The notes under the pieces were generated by a model. The model did no database searches. It had not been told where the DNA came from and saw only the letters and a list, made by a program, of their open reading frames with translations. This document shows, piece by piece, positions 1-11,480 of a DNA stretch of 57,349 nt; the first letter of the stretch is position 1, and each line of letters starts with the position of its first letter. The DNA lies in the NCBI GenBank assembly GCA_013265495.1, contig MU057801.1, forward strand, positions 2,450,301-2,507,649, read 5' to 3'. Made by a program: the position numbers and the translations under genes. This DNA comes from Vicugna vicugna. Its lineage: Eukaryota.

Positions 1-594
1 CACCGAGGTCCAACGGCAGTTCCACTCTGGGGTCCCCTCCCCGGTGGCAGAGAGACTCTGGGGGGCTCAGCTCAAGGCTCCCGCTGCGGGTCACAGTCAG
101 TCCTCGGCGTCCCAGGTGATCTTGGCTGTGGGTGTCGAGGAGGGCAGCGGCGGAGGGCTGATCTGGCCACGTCGAGGCTGAAAATTGTGCGTTATGTGGA
201 AAATTCAAGTTTCCTTCCATATCACGTGAAATGATTCTCTGTGTTGGGGCGAGCTGATAGGTATTTCCAGTGCAAATAGCACGATATCGGGTAAGTGACT
301 GACGACCTCTTGAAGCACGAGTTCCCACGGGAAGCAGCATGGCTCCAGCTCTCTGCCTCCTTCTCAGCTCAGGAAGGATCACGTGCGGAGACCCCGACCT
401 CCTGAGCTGGAGGAGAGCCCGGTCTGGGCTCTGCCCTGCAGGGAGGCTGCCGTCTGAGGGCTCCTCCGTCCCGCATTTCATGCTCTCCTCAGAGTGACCA
501 ACAGCCTCTGCTTTACGCCTGGGGAGAAGCTTCTTGGACTTGAAGCCTGGAATTGTCACCTATAAAGAGGTGTGTTTTTAATTCCAGATGTCAG

Positions 595-702
595 CTCCAT
601 CTGTCCATCTACCTGCCCAACCACCAGGTACTCACCATCCATCCATCTGTCCTTCCTTCTTTCCTTCCGTCTACCAGTCTTCCACCCACACTCCCACCCA
701 AC
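595..702. repeat. Degenerate (CCAT/CCTT/CCAC)n simple repeat
   Basis: Runs such as ccatccatccatctgtccttccttctttccttcc and ccacccacactcccaccc. Confidence 0.75.
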
Positions 703-3700
703 AGCTGTAGCTGACGTGATCCCTGCCAGAGGTGCTGCTGTGGGAGGGGTGAGTAGAGGGGAGACACAGCCCGACAGGTGGAGGGTAAGAGCCAGCTTTC
801 CAAGGCAGGTCTCACCCAAGCCTACTCGGGCGATCTGGCCCCCGGACCCCTGGCACTACCTGGAGGCACGTCTGTTGTCATGACCGAAGAGGTGCTCGGG
901 GTCTTATTCTACAAGGCACCGACAGCCCACGGCAAGGAATGCTCCGGCCTCACACGCCTGCAGCTCCGAGGCTGAGCCCCGCCCTGAGTGACAGCTGAGC
1001 AGTCAGACGGGGGGCAGGGCAAGGGGAGCTCTGTGTCCAGAACGTGTGCCCACTGTCAGGAGCCTCTGGGAGTGGGATGAAGAGATGGAAGATGCGAGCC
1101 GCCCTAAGTAGGGGAGGGCTGTGATCCGACTGTGTTTTCAACATTGAAGCCGCTCTGGCTGTGGGGGCCGCGGGGTGAAGGGTGCCTGGAGGCAGAGGGT
1201 TGGGGGCCGGAGCCGGGCCTGCAGGGGTGGGGGGGCGCTGGAGGACGTCCCTGCGTCACAGAGTAGACACTACCCTTCCCATCTTTGAGCATCTGGCAGG
1301 ACGCACATCTCTCTTCTGGGGTCTTTCATTAATTCTCTGTCATTGACGTATTTTCCAAAACTAGACCAGATACAATAGCGAGGACCTCAGCTGAGAACGC
1401 GAGTCTGGCGGCGCCTGGTGGGCTGAGGCCCGACTCTGCCCGCCATCAGAACTGCTGCCCGATTACCCCGCCGTGGCGGGAGGGCACGCTCAGGGCGGCG
1501 CCCCCGGAACCGGGGCGGCGGGGTCCACGCCAGGAGCGCCCCCTTCGCCAGGACTCCAGGCCAGCGCACTTCCCCGCCCACAGCTCTGACTCACCAGGTG
1601 GGAGATTTAATTGAACCCAAAGAAAAACCGACTTCCCCTTTTAATTCCAATCGGAACTTTCAGCTGGAGAGCCCTGAGAGGTGAACTTCACTCCCTGTTT
1701 ATCGCAGGAAAAGGAAAACTAATATAATTAAACAGTCACCACCGTACGCGGCTCTGAAACGCCGTCCTGAGTCGCAGCGCAGGCAGCACCGCCCTCGGCG
1801 GCCACGCTGCGGCGGCTTCTGCTTCTGCCTCCCCTGCGGCCGTTTTTCTTTAACATATTTACCTTGACTGACCGTGTGTGTCGTTGTCAAGGACGCTGGA
1901 AGCTAGCTCTGTGTGGTTGCTGCCGACCCCGGCGTTAAACGCGACTGACCTCCGCCCCCAACAGAGCGTCACCTCACTTCTCCTTTAAAGAATGAAAGCA
2001 GCACCTGCATCACGGGACGCAGCCTGCGCCGCGGCGCGAGGGCGCACGGCCGTCCACGCTAACGCTCTCTGTCCACGCGATTTGCACACTCTTGTAAAAT
2101 CGGGCAGGCTTCATAAAGGAACTTGGCTCTGGCTGGTAAATGAGGTTGCCAGGGGAGTGAAATTATAAAGGACAGAAAAAATTAGTCTTTCTCAGGCTAA
2201 GAAAAATCTCTCCGTAATTAAGAGGTTTCCATTTCTCCTTCCCAAATTCAGATTAGAGTTTGTACCTTGAAAGATACCTCTTGGGCAGACGTGAAAACTG
2301 ACCAGAGCGGCTGTGTAGGAACCCCCTGGGGAGGTCAGGAGGCACAGCAGACTTGCGCAGAGACAGAGGTGTGCAGGGCAGTCCTCTTCGGAAATTCCAC
2401 AGCCTGTGGCTTGTCACTGAAAGGGCACATCTTACTTCATTCAGGTTGTAGCGCTTTGAACCCTCCTTTCCAGAGAGCAGGCAATCCCAGGCCGGGGATC
2501 TGAGCCATCGTGTTCATTTCTTCAGGAACAAACATGACGCCGAACTGGAGAATCCTACTTCGTGACTGGACTCGGCATTCGAGTCCTGGAGCCCATCTAT
2601 AGCTGGCCAGGCTGGCCGAAAAAGCCCTTTGGAAGAGACGAGACACGAGGTGTCCCACGGGCAGGAGGGGCACACGCGTCGTCTGTGATGTGGGACGTGC
2701 GCGCGTGTCTGTGTTGGGGGGCAGTGGGGGAGGGTACAGCTTACCCTGGGAAGTTGGGCTGGGGGCGTCGTGAGAGATGTGGAGGCCTTGATGAGGACTG
2801 CGTTCCACCTGGACCAGGGCAGGGCAGAAATTGGACCCCACCGACCTTTGACACCAGCAGAACCCGGGGGAGAATGGGAGGGTCTGGTTGGGGGTCAGAG
2901 GCTGCTGAGCAGTTTCTGGTGGGGACTGAGGGGGTCAGGGCGGTCGGGTGCAGGGTGGGTATGGGGACCCTCTGTGGACGGAGATAGTAACGGCTCTCGG
3001 GTTTCCCCGCGTCCCTGGGGGCATCTCAGCTTCTGTCATCAACCACGTCCCACTCTGTCCGTCATTCTGTCCAAGCCCATCCAGGGATGTCTCCGAAAGC
3101 AAGGAGGGGGCAGATTACTGTTCATGTGTAGATGGCGTGTCCTCTTCCTCATCAGACGTCCACCCTGCTCGGTCCTCGTGTCACTTCACACGTCTGCTCT
3201 CTGGCACACCAGGTTTGGGGACCCATCCCTGACTGTCTGCCAGCACCTGATGGAAGCGGCCCCTCCACACACACCCCCAGCCACGGTCCAGCCCTTTGTG
3301 GTGGACTGCCTCGTGCCCTGAAGGGCAGAGCCCGGCTGCCAGGCCCGGCGGGGCCACCCTCTCCTGCCCGCTTCTGGCCGGACTGGGACGGACAGGCCCA
3401 GGCCCCCCCGCCGCCCGCCCGCCTCTGCAGCGCACCTGGTCCCCACCTGCCCTGTGCGCTTCTCCTGCCCGAGCCCGCCGTCCCCGGCCCCCCCAGGACC
3501 ACCCCGAAAGCGGCGAGTAGCTAAAGAAGGCTGTTAACTTCCCCTCACTCGGTGCTGGCTCTGGTGACGCGCCCCTCGTCGCTGCCATTTTGCCCGTGGC
3601 TGCGATCCCGACAGAGTCCCCACAGGAACACACAGACCGGTGCCTGTGTCCTTTCACTCGGATGCTTGAGCCTCACGGGCCTTTAACACAGCCGCACACA

Positions 3701-5130
3701 AACCAGGTCGCCTTCCTGCTTCTCCTCGGACGGACTAAGCCGCGTGGCGAGCATCAGGGCCGTCCCGCTTCCCCGGTCGCCCACGAGGGGCTCTAGCGCA
3801 GCCAGGCAGCCGGCCGCGAGGAGGGGCTCCTGCTCGCACTCCCTGGGTCTCTGCAAAGGCGAACGCTGCCCCACTGCGCCTTCGTGTCCAGCCGACCCAG
3901 GATGCAAGAGTGGGCCCAGGGTCTCATCTTAGCGCCTTCCTCGCGTGGAATTCACGGGGGCGGAGTGACTGCGTGACCATCGGGCTGTACACCCCATCCC
4001 GGGGACCCTGAAGGGCCATGCTGGGGTAGCTGGGGGCACGTGGGCTGGAGGCAGGACCCTCCGCTGCCCACCTCCAGCCCCTCCCCACGCCGCGGAGAGC
4101 CCGCCCTGAGCTGCGAGCATCACCTCTTCCTGAGGTCGTGGAAGGATGTTCTGAATTGCTCCTTTTCGTTCAAAATAGTTTGGGGAAGTCACCCATTTTC
4201 AGACTATGAGCCGTTTGAAGTAGAGAAGCCACGTTCCCTTCCAGCTAAAAATTTCCGAGTCCTATCTTCAGAAAACCTGTGTGTGCACAGAATCCAAAAT
4301 ACATCAAGTAATGAATGTCACCGTCACCACCAGTGCCTTCAGGTCCCATCAGACAAAATTTCCTTGGACAGAACCTCATTAAAGTCACAGAATCTTGCTT
4401 CTTAGTCACTGCTGTGGGCTCGCCGGGCAGGCAGGCAAACTGGGGTCGGGACACACGGCGCGGAGGAGCCTCCTCTGCTTCTCATGTCCTGTGCTCTGTA
4501 AACTCCTCGAAATCCACAGGGACGCTTGCTTGGGAGACAGGAAAGGCCCCGAGGGCCCCCCATTCACCAAAGGCCCCTGGGCTGCCGTCAGCAACGCCCC
4601 CAAATCCTCCCCCGTCTCGACCCCATGGCTCCCCCGGGGGGGCTCCTCCGGTCGTGGCCGCCTGCCTGGCTCCCAGCACATCACTGAGGATGACGTAGAC
4701 GTTCAAATGCAGACCGGCTGCCTGCTGGCGCCTCTGCAGCGTGACATCTCCGCACCGCCTCACGGCATGGCCCGCGTGTTCACCGCTTTCTAACCCAGCT
4801 CATCTTGGAAAGAAATGGGGATCATTTATGCTCTAAACTCACGCGGAGGGCAGCCGAGCTTGCTGCTCCAGGAGCCTGACTTGCTCCACGGAAGTTAGCA
4901 AACTGCACAAGCGAGGCCCACACTCCGCCCCAGCGTGGCAGCTAAAGTGGCCCATTGACGGGGGGGAGAGTTCGGTAAAGCACCTCATTTTCCTGTCGTC
5001 TGTTTTGTTTTGGGGCTGTTGTTATGAACACGAAGCTGCCCCTCTGCCCTTCACTCCTGGACCGGCCCCAGCGCCCCACCCCCATCCTTTCTCATTTAAC
5101 ACAGCATCTCCTGATTCAGGCAATGTTTCC

Positions 5131-5695
5131 TTTTTTATTATTGTGGTTATATATATATATATCAATCATACGATGGATCGTTGTTACCATTTTTAAAAAA
5201 TGGGGGGCTGGTAATCAGGTCTTCTCATTTATTTTTGTCTTTATTTTAACGGGGGTAATGGGGATCGAACCCAGGACCTCAAGCACACGCTCGACCGCTG
5301 AGCTACACCCTCCCCTCATTCTTGGATCACTGTGGCCACTTCCAAGTGTACAGCACAGTGGCATGAAGTCCGTTCACCCCACGCTGTGTGACCAGCACCG
5401 CCATCCATCTCAGGAACTTTTATCTGCCCAAACTGCCACTCTGTATCTACGAAACAATGACGCCTTATCCACACCCAGCCCTGGCCCCTGGGAGCCACCA
5501 GTCTGCTTTCTGTCTCTGTGGATTTGCCGGCCCTGGGGGCCTCAGACACATGGAATCACACAGTGTTCATCCTTTGGTGACGGGCTTATTTCACAGAGCA
5601 TCATGTCCTCAGGGCTCATCCACGCTGTAGCTCGGGTCGGAATGCCCTTCCTTCTTAAGGCTGAATAATATTCCATCGCACAGAAACCACACATC
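5131..5695 (-). mobile_element. L1MB-type LINE-1 3' end, interrupted by a SINE at ~5190-5315
   Basis: Antisense L1M 3' landmarks: ttattattgtgg, aagtgtacagc, tctgctttctgtctctgtggatttg, ggcttatttcac, aaggctgaataatattccat. The minus ORF 5542-5760 contains MEYYSALRRKGIPTRATAWMSPEDMMLCEIS, which resembles the L1 ORF2 C-terminus. Confidence 0.9.
5190..5315 (-). mobile_element. tRNA-derived SINE (camelid Vic-1-like), internally deleted
   Basis: Reverse complement reads GGGGAGGGTGTAGCTCAGCGGTCGAGCGTGTGCTTGAGGTCCTGGGTTCGATCCCC (A and B boxes), then an AT-rich spacer and CCTGATTACCAGCCCCCC. Homologous to the three other copies in this window. Confidence 0.88.
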
Positions 5696-5848
5696 CGGAT
5701 ACTGCCTTTTACAGTCCTCTCCTGCGCCTCCTGGGGGCACCCTCCCCGGAGCACCTGCACCCGGGTCCTCAGCTTCGCAGGAAACCCAAGTCGAGGCAGA
5801 TTTCAGTTTCTTCCCTTTGAGGCATTGAGACTCTGCTTTACACAAAAT

Positions 5849-5897
5849 AATGATGATGATGATGATGGTGGTGGTGGTGATGATGGTGATGGTGATG
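5849..5897. repeat. Compound (ATG)n/(GTG)n microsatellite
   Basis: atgatgatgatgatgatggtggtggtggtgatgatggtgatggtgatg. Confidence 0.95.
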
Positions 5898-7169
5898 TAA
5901 AGACGTGCTGAATCTGAAAATGCTCTTCTGAAAGAGCAAACACTGTTACTGAGGATGTTGAGAGAAAATTCAGGACAACAAAATTAATGAAAAGGTGTGC
6001 AGACTCCAGATGGACAGGGTTCGGGTTTGGGTTAGGGACTGGCAGGGCCAGACAGGGGGCCGGGCCCCAGAGAGCTGGGCACCATTTAGGACTTCATTCA
6101 GGACCAGAAACCTGGGCAAAGGAGACAGTTTCCAAGGACGTGGGCAGACGGGACGGGATGTGAGAAGGGGATGTCTCGTGTCCTCCCCATCCTGGCCGGT
6201 CCCTGGGCAGGGGAGGACGTGGTCCTGGTCCGCGGTGGCTGTGGTTAGCTGGGGCAAGGCCGAGGTGGCAGAGCCAGTCCTGACCTTTGCAGGGGCTGCC
6301 GGGGACCGGGCCAGGCGCTAAGCAGCGCAGGTCCCGCGGGGCTGTAGGCACTTCCGACCTCACTGGGGAAGGCGAGTCCTGTCCTGGAGGGCCCGGCCCG
6401 GCTCCCGCCGCTCCCTCATCACCACTCAGACCAGCTCCTTGCTCTCAGATCCCTGCCTCCTGCTCTGCCTCGGGGACGCGCCTGAAACAGACTTTATCTT
6501 CAAGCTAAGACTTACCAAGCGGGTCTTCTGTGCCCCAGGCAGCGTTCACATCCCTGCAAGGCAGGCACCGACAAGAAGCCCTCCGCATGGGTGGCGGACC
6601 GAGCCTCACGGAGACCGAGCCTCCCGCCCCAAGTCGTGCATCTGGTAAGAGAGGACCTGAGATTTCCACCCGCCTGCGATGCTGCCTTTTCACAGTGGTC
6701 GCGGCTCCCGAAAGTTAATTCCGTTTTCCACCCACAGGTAGGTGCTTGGCGGGGAGCGTCCTGGCCTCGTGCTGGTCAAGCGGCCGAGGGAGACGGAGCA
6801 GGCGGAGAGCTCGCAGCAGCCACAGAGCCACTGCCCAAGCGGCCTTCCCGGACCCGGCGTCGCCCTCCTGGGCGCGCAGGGCTCTGGGCCTCGGGCCGGA
6901 GCACGTGTCTCGGGGACCCAGGCAGCGTTCTGCATGGGGCTCTCAGGCCCTCCTGTTATCTGCCCCGCTCTGGCCAACGGAGTTTCAGGAGGCCTGCAAG
7001 ACGGTCGGGGCTGCGTGCAAATTGCAAGAGACTGAGTCAGAATCCCTGCAGGAGGTGCCCTCTGAACACGAGGCCACGCCACCCGCCCTGGGACCTGCAC
7101 GGGGGCCGGGGCTTCCACCCCGAAAGGCTGCCCGCGAGGCGCCTTTTCTACTGCGTTTCCCTCGGTGGT

Positions 7170-7480
7170 GCCCAAATAAATGATAGCTCGATGCAAATGA
7201 AACAGGAGGGAGAGAGGGGTCCTCCTGTCAGGAGGCAGCTGCCTGAAAAAACCGGCTGAGAGCCAGGGTTTCGGTTTACATAAATGCTCGGATTTGTCCC
7301 CCAGGTTATTAAAACAGAGCAACAAGCTACGTTCCGTTTGGAGGCCCAAATGCTGCAAAGCTGTTAACTTGCTCACATCCTGCGTGCTTCAGAATTGAAA
7401 TTAACTTCTTTAATCGCATCAGCATAAAGCGTGTATCTGTTTCTCAGAGGACCTGACTGTAAAGGTAGCTGGAAATTAAG
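7170..7480. promoter_or_regulatory. Candidate enhancer or conserved non-coding element
   Basis: Non-repetitive AT-rich island with ATGCAAAT (7191-7198), GTTTACATAAAT, TTATTAAA, AAATTAAC and AAATTAAG. Confidence 0.4.
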
Positions 7481-7849
7481 CGACTCCCAGGCCACCGTGG
7501 GCATCGTGGCAGCAGCCACGACGCGGGTGGCTTACCGTGCCGCTGGGCGCATGCCGGGAAACTGAGACAGCGAGGGAGCTGTCTCTGCCTTTAGTCTCCC
7601 CCTCCGCCGCCTGATGCTTCGAGACACAAGCTGGGAGCGGTGGGCCTGCCGGACGGGGTGGGGGCGCCTCGTCACCCTGGTGAGGTGTGGTCCCCACAGA
7701 GGGCCCCTGGGGAGGAGAGCCTGGGTCCTCCTGTCTTCTCTGCTCACCCGTCTCAGCTCAGGTCACGCCCCAGCGAAGGCGCCCAGCTCACGGCCTCACC
7801 CTCTGGAGAAGCAAAGTGTGGAGGAAACAGGGCATGAAGACTGGTTCTC

Positions 7850-7950
7850 TGAGGGGAAGAGACAACAGGACAAACCAAGAGACACGAGGGGGGAGGGGAG
7901 GAGGGACGAGGAGGGAAGAGGCGAGGGGGAGGGGAAGGGGCGGGGGGAGG
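7850..7950 (+). repeat. Purine-rich (G/A) low-complexity tract
   Basis: gagggggggaggggaggagggacgaggagggaagaggcgagggggaggggaaggggcggggggagg. Confidence 0.75.
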
Positions 7951-10900
7951 CTGTGTCTGCCGCACTGCCAAGGACAGGCACTCTTTCCATCTCTCTCCAC
8001 CAGGTTTACTGGCTCTTTGAAACATCTGATAATTTTGGTAACGGAGACAACGTGACTTTCATTTTCTCCGACATCCTGGCAATGCTACCTTACAGTCTGG
8101 GGTGCAGGGTGAGCCACACGGTGGGTGCCCAGGAAGCTGGGGTGACGTGAGGAATGAAGGGTGGCGTCTACCCTAATATGAAGACGCGACCGCGTCCAGG
8201 ATCCCTCTCTCGGGCTGAGAGGCTCCTGCCAACCAGCAGTGAGTACTAAATCACCCCAAACGCAGCAGCTGGAACCTCATTAATTCTGCTCCCGGGCTCA
8301 TGGGCGGGGCTCTCGGGAAGGGCTGGGCCTCGCAACGCGGGCTGGGCCTCGCGCGCTGGTGCAGTTGGCCCGGCCGAAGCTGCAGTCCTCTGGGGGCCCC
8401 CTGCGCTCATCCTCAGCTGCGGACCCCAGGGCCTCGCCAGCAGGGGTGACTCAGGGCAGATGGACTTGCATGGGGCGTCCGGCAGCCCCAGGAGCACATC
8501 CCAAGAGAAGGGTGGGCTCTGCTGGCCCTTCCCCCATATCCTGCAGGAGCCACATGGCGCCCCTCCCACTGCGTTGTGTTCATTACAGCCTTGAGGGGAC
8601 GCCTCAGAGGCCCTACTTTCCAACAGCAATGAGGGGGCTTATTTATAACCACGGAGACTTTCCCAATGAGGCGCCTGAAGGACGACGGCCCGAGACGAGC
8701 CCTGTCCTGGGACGGGGACCCCAGGCACCCAGCTGTGCTCGGGGACCTCGCTGCTTCTCCGTCTTACAAACGCTGCTGAGTCCCTGGGCGTAAAGCACAC
8801 AGGATGTCCGCACGTGGAAGCAGCAGTGCCGTGTCGCTCACTAGGTTACAGAAGCGCCCTCCCCACTCGGCGTCAACTTGCTTCTGCTCCATGGAGGGAG
8901 GGGCCAGGAGGCTGGGGGGGGAGGGGCTCCCAGCCGTGTGCTTAGACGTACGTGAGCTCCGGACACAGACAGGCCAGTGCAGCCACGTCACTGGCCACGT
9001 GACTCGGGAAGGAACCGCTCACCTCAGAGCAAGGTGCAAGTCTGGTGTCTGGTCCACACGGACAGCCTGGCACAGACGGAGGCCCGGGCACGTCCTCCCC
9101 GCCCGCCTCAGCCCCACGGATCGCAGACCGAGCACGTGTCGCTGTGTGGGCCTGGCGTGCTGAGACGGGGGTGGGTGGGGGTCGGAGAAAAGGCAGCTCC
9201 AGGCCGAGGGTTCAGTCTGAGCAGCCAGAGAGGAAGAGACGAGGTTCCTCCAAGTTCTGTCTCGCCTGCTGTTCCAGGCAGCGTCCTCCCCAGGACACCC
9301 AGGTCTTAGCGCCAGGTTGGCATCCGGGAGGAGCACGGAGAGGCGACAGGGCGGCACTGTCCAGGGTCCCGGCACGTCCTCCCCCGACTCTGTTGCAGCC
9401 CCCAGGCACGTCTGGGTCCGCAGTCGTCTCCCCACCTGGAGGACCAGGCTTCTTTAACGGCCTTGACTCCGGTCAGCGGGCGGCGCTGCCTCCTCGGGGG
9501 TCTGTGTAAGCAATCGGGGGCGGCAAGTTCTGGTTTTGAATGTGACTTGGCTTACGGGAGCTCTGTCTTGACAGCCGCTTGGAGACTGCTCTGACTCAGG
9601 CTGAGCCGTGGCAGAGACAAACGCTCGGCCGCGACCTCAGAGACGCGGGTGGAATCCACAGTTCGCAGCGCGCAGGGCACGCGTGAACGGTTTAATGATC
9701 ATGAGACACCTAGAAAACGTCATTCAGCCGCAGGGGCTCCTGGCTGCACGCAAGTAAGGCAAAATAGCCTCATTCTTAACCCAAGAGTGGCGCTGACTCT
9801 TGACTCCACGTGGTTGGTGGTGTGGCGGGTCTGCTGGTCACAGTCGCTGGGGAAACCGTCGTATGAGCGGAGACCGATGTCCCCATGTGCACTCGTTCTC
9901 CCTACGGGGATTCAGACAGGTGGTGGCTGTCCCCTTCCTTCCAGGATCCGAGGGGTCAACGTTCCTGTTTGCAGCTGGAAAGTGATGAGCGGTCAAGGGA
10001 AGTCGGAGTTACTGTCACAGAGGAGCCGCGCGACACCAGGCAGCAGCAGGGCTGCCTCGCGTGTGGACGGGCGAGCTCACACCTGAGAGGGGTGAGTAGA
10101 GAAGAAATGCAGCCACTTCTGTGTAAGAGGTAATTTAAATTTTATGTGCGATTGCCTGGCAAAGCGATGGGCAGGAAAGAGAAGCAGGAAATGACGTGAG
10201 CGCACACTGAGGGGCGCGGATCCCGCACCACCGCAGTCCCCCTCCCCAAGCCTCAAGTCCTTCTGTCGTGAACTCGTGGCCACCAGCAAGACACCAGGGG
10301 CTTGTCCGCTATTCCGTCCATCTTGAAATGACTTTCAGAAACACTCTAGTAACCCACGGATTTTAAGTTTTAAAATGTAAGTCACCTGAACCACCTCCCT
10401 CTCGATCTCTGTCCTCGTCCCAATTTTAGACAGTGCAGCCTAGCTACACTGTAAATTTAAGTAGTGTAATTACGTGCACATTTTTTTATCGGGTTTGTGT
10501 TCTCATCATCTCCATGTCTACACCCCCTCTCCAACCCCAGGTAACTGGACCTCTGTGAGGGGAGAGAGCATTTATTTTTTATTCTGTGCGTAACTATGTC
10601 TTGTGTGCTTTGGCTGCAGGTTGATTTGAGAGTTAAAAACCAATACATCTCTTAACAAAGTTATGATAAGATGAGTGTTATCTATCCAGAGCCACGTCGC
10701 GTGGTTGAGATCTAGTCTTTTCTCCAAGCCCAGGATCCCTGGGGGCACAGGGCAGAGGGTTTCTGGGGTGAAAGACAGCACACATCACTCCCCTGCTCAT
10801 CAAACCACACTGTAGTTGGATTCACATTTAAACCAGGCATTTCTAGAGCGGCTTTTTGCTTTTCTTGGAGTTTCCAAGTGTCTTTTGTTTCTTGAATCTC

Positions 10901-11029
10901 AATCAGGGTCCACAGGAGTGGGCGTCCCTGTCTTGAGACACATCCAGAGGTCCTTTCATGCCAGGGACATGATCGAGGAGCCTCAGGGGCCATGGAAAAG
11001 GCAGGGAGTAAAATTGGAAAGACCTAGTT

Positions 11030-11480
11030 TTACACAGAAATGCAGCGAAGAGGAGCAACCAGAGTGGAATGGACATCACTGCTGTTGACGCAGACCTGAC
11101 CTCAGCCCAGCACGTTGAGTGGTGGACAGAGGGACACAAAATCAGAGGACCAGACCAGAACGTCACCAGTATCTCTACGGGCAAACAGAGGAGGGCTGCA
11201 CCTGCTGGGGGAAAAGGGCCCGATTCGGGTAAATGTTGTCGGTGGGACTGCTAAACACAGGAGGCACGTTCATGTGTCTTTGGATTCCTGAACCCTAAGG
11301 ACCAAGTAGAGCGAGGTCCTGACTCGGTCTTCTGCCCCCTCCCGACCCACCGCGCCTCATCGTCCCGGGTCAGCAGTGCGAAAAACGCAGAAACGATCTG
11401 TACACAAATACCACAACGAAGGAGTGGGAAAAAATGAAGCATAAGCATCTGTAAGAAGGGAAAGGACCCAAAGGGGGGCC
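11030..11480 (+). mobile_element. Highly diverged old L1 (L1ME-like) ORF2 fragment
   Basis: A-rich strand bias. The segments gggacacaaaatcagaggaccagaccagaa and gggggaaaagggcccgattcgggtaaatgttgtcgg loosely resemble L1 ORF2 consensus. Confidence 0.35.

Noticed and set aside
286..296. Strong donor-like CGG/GTAAGT (similar sites at ~16201 and ~44935)
   Set aside because: No matching acceptor or open coding frame could be linked. Isolated matches are expected by chance.
5024..5668. 214-aa ORF with a hydrophobic N-terminal part
   Set aside because: It reads antisense through the L1MB 3' end, an (AT)n tract and a SINE.
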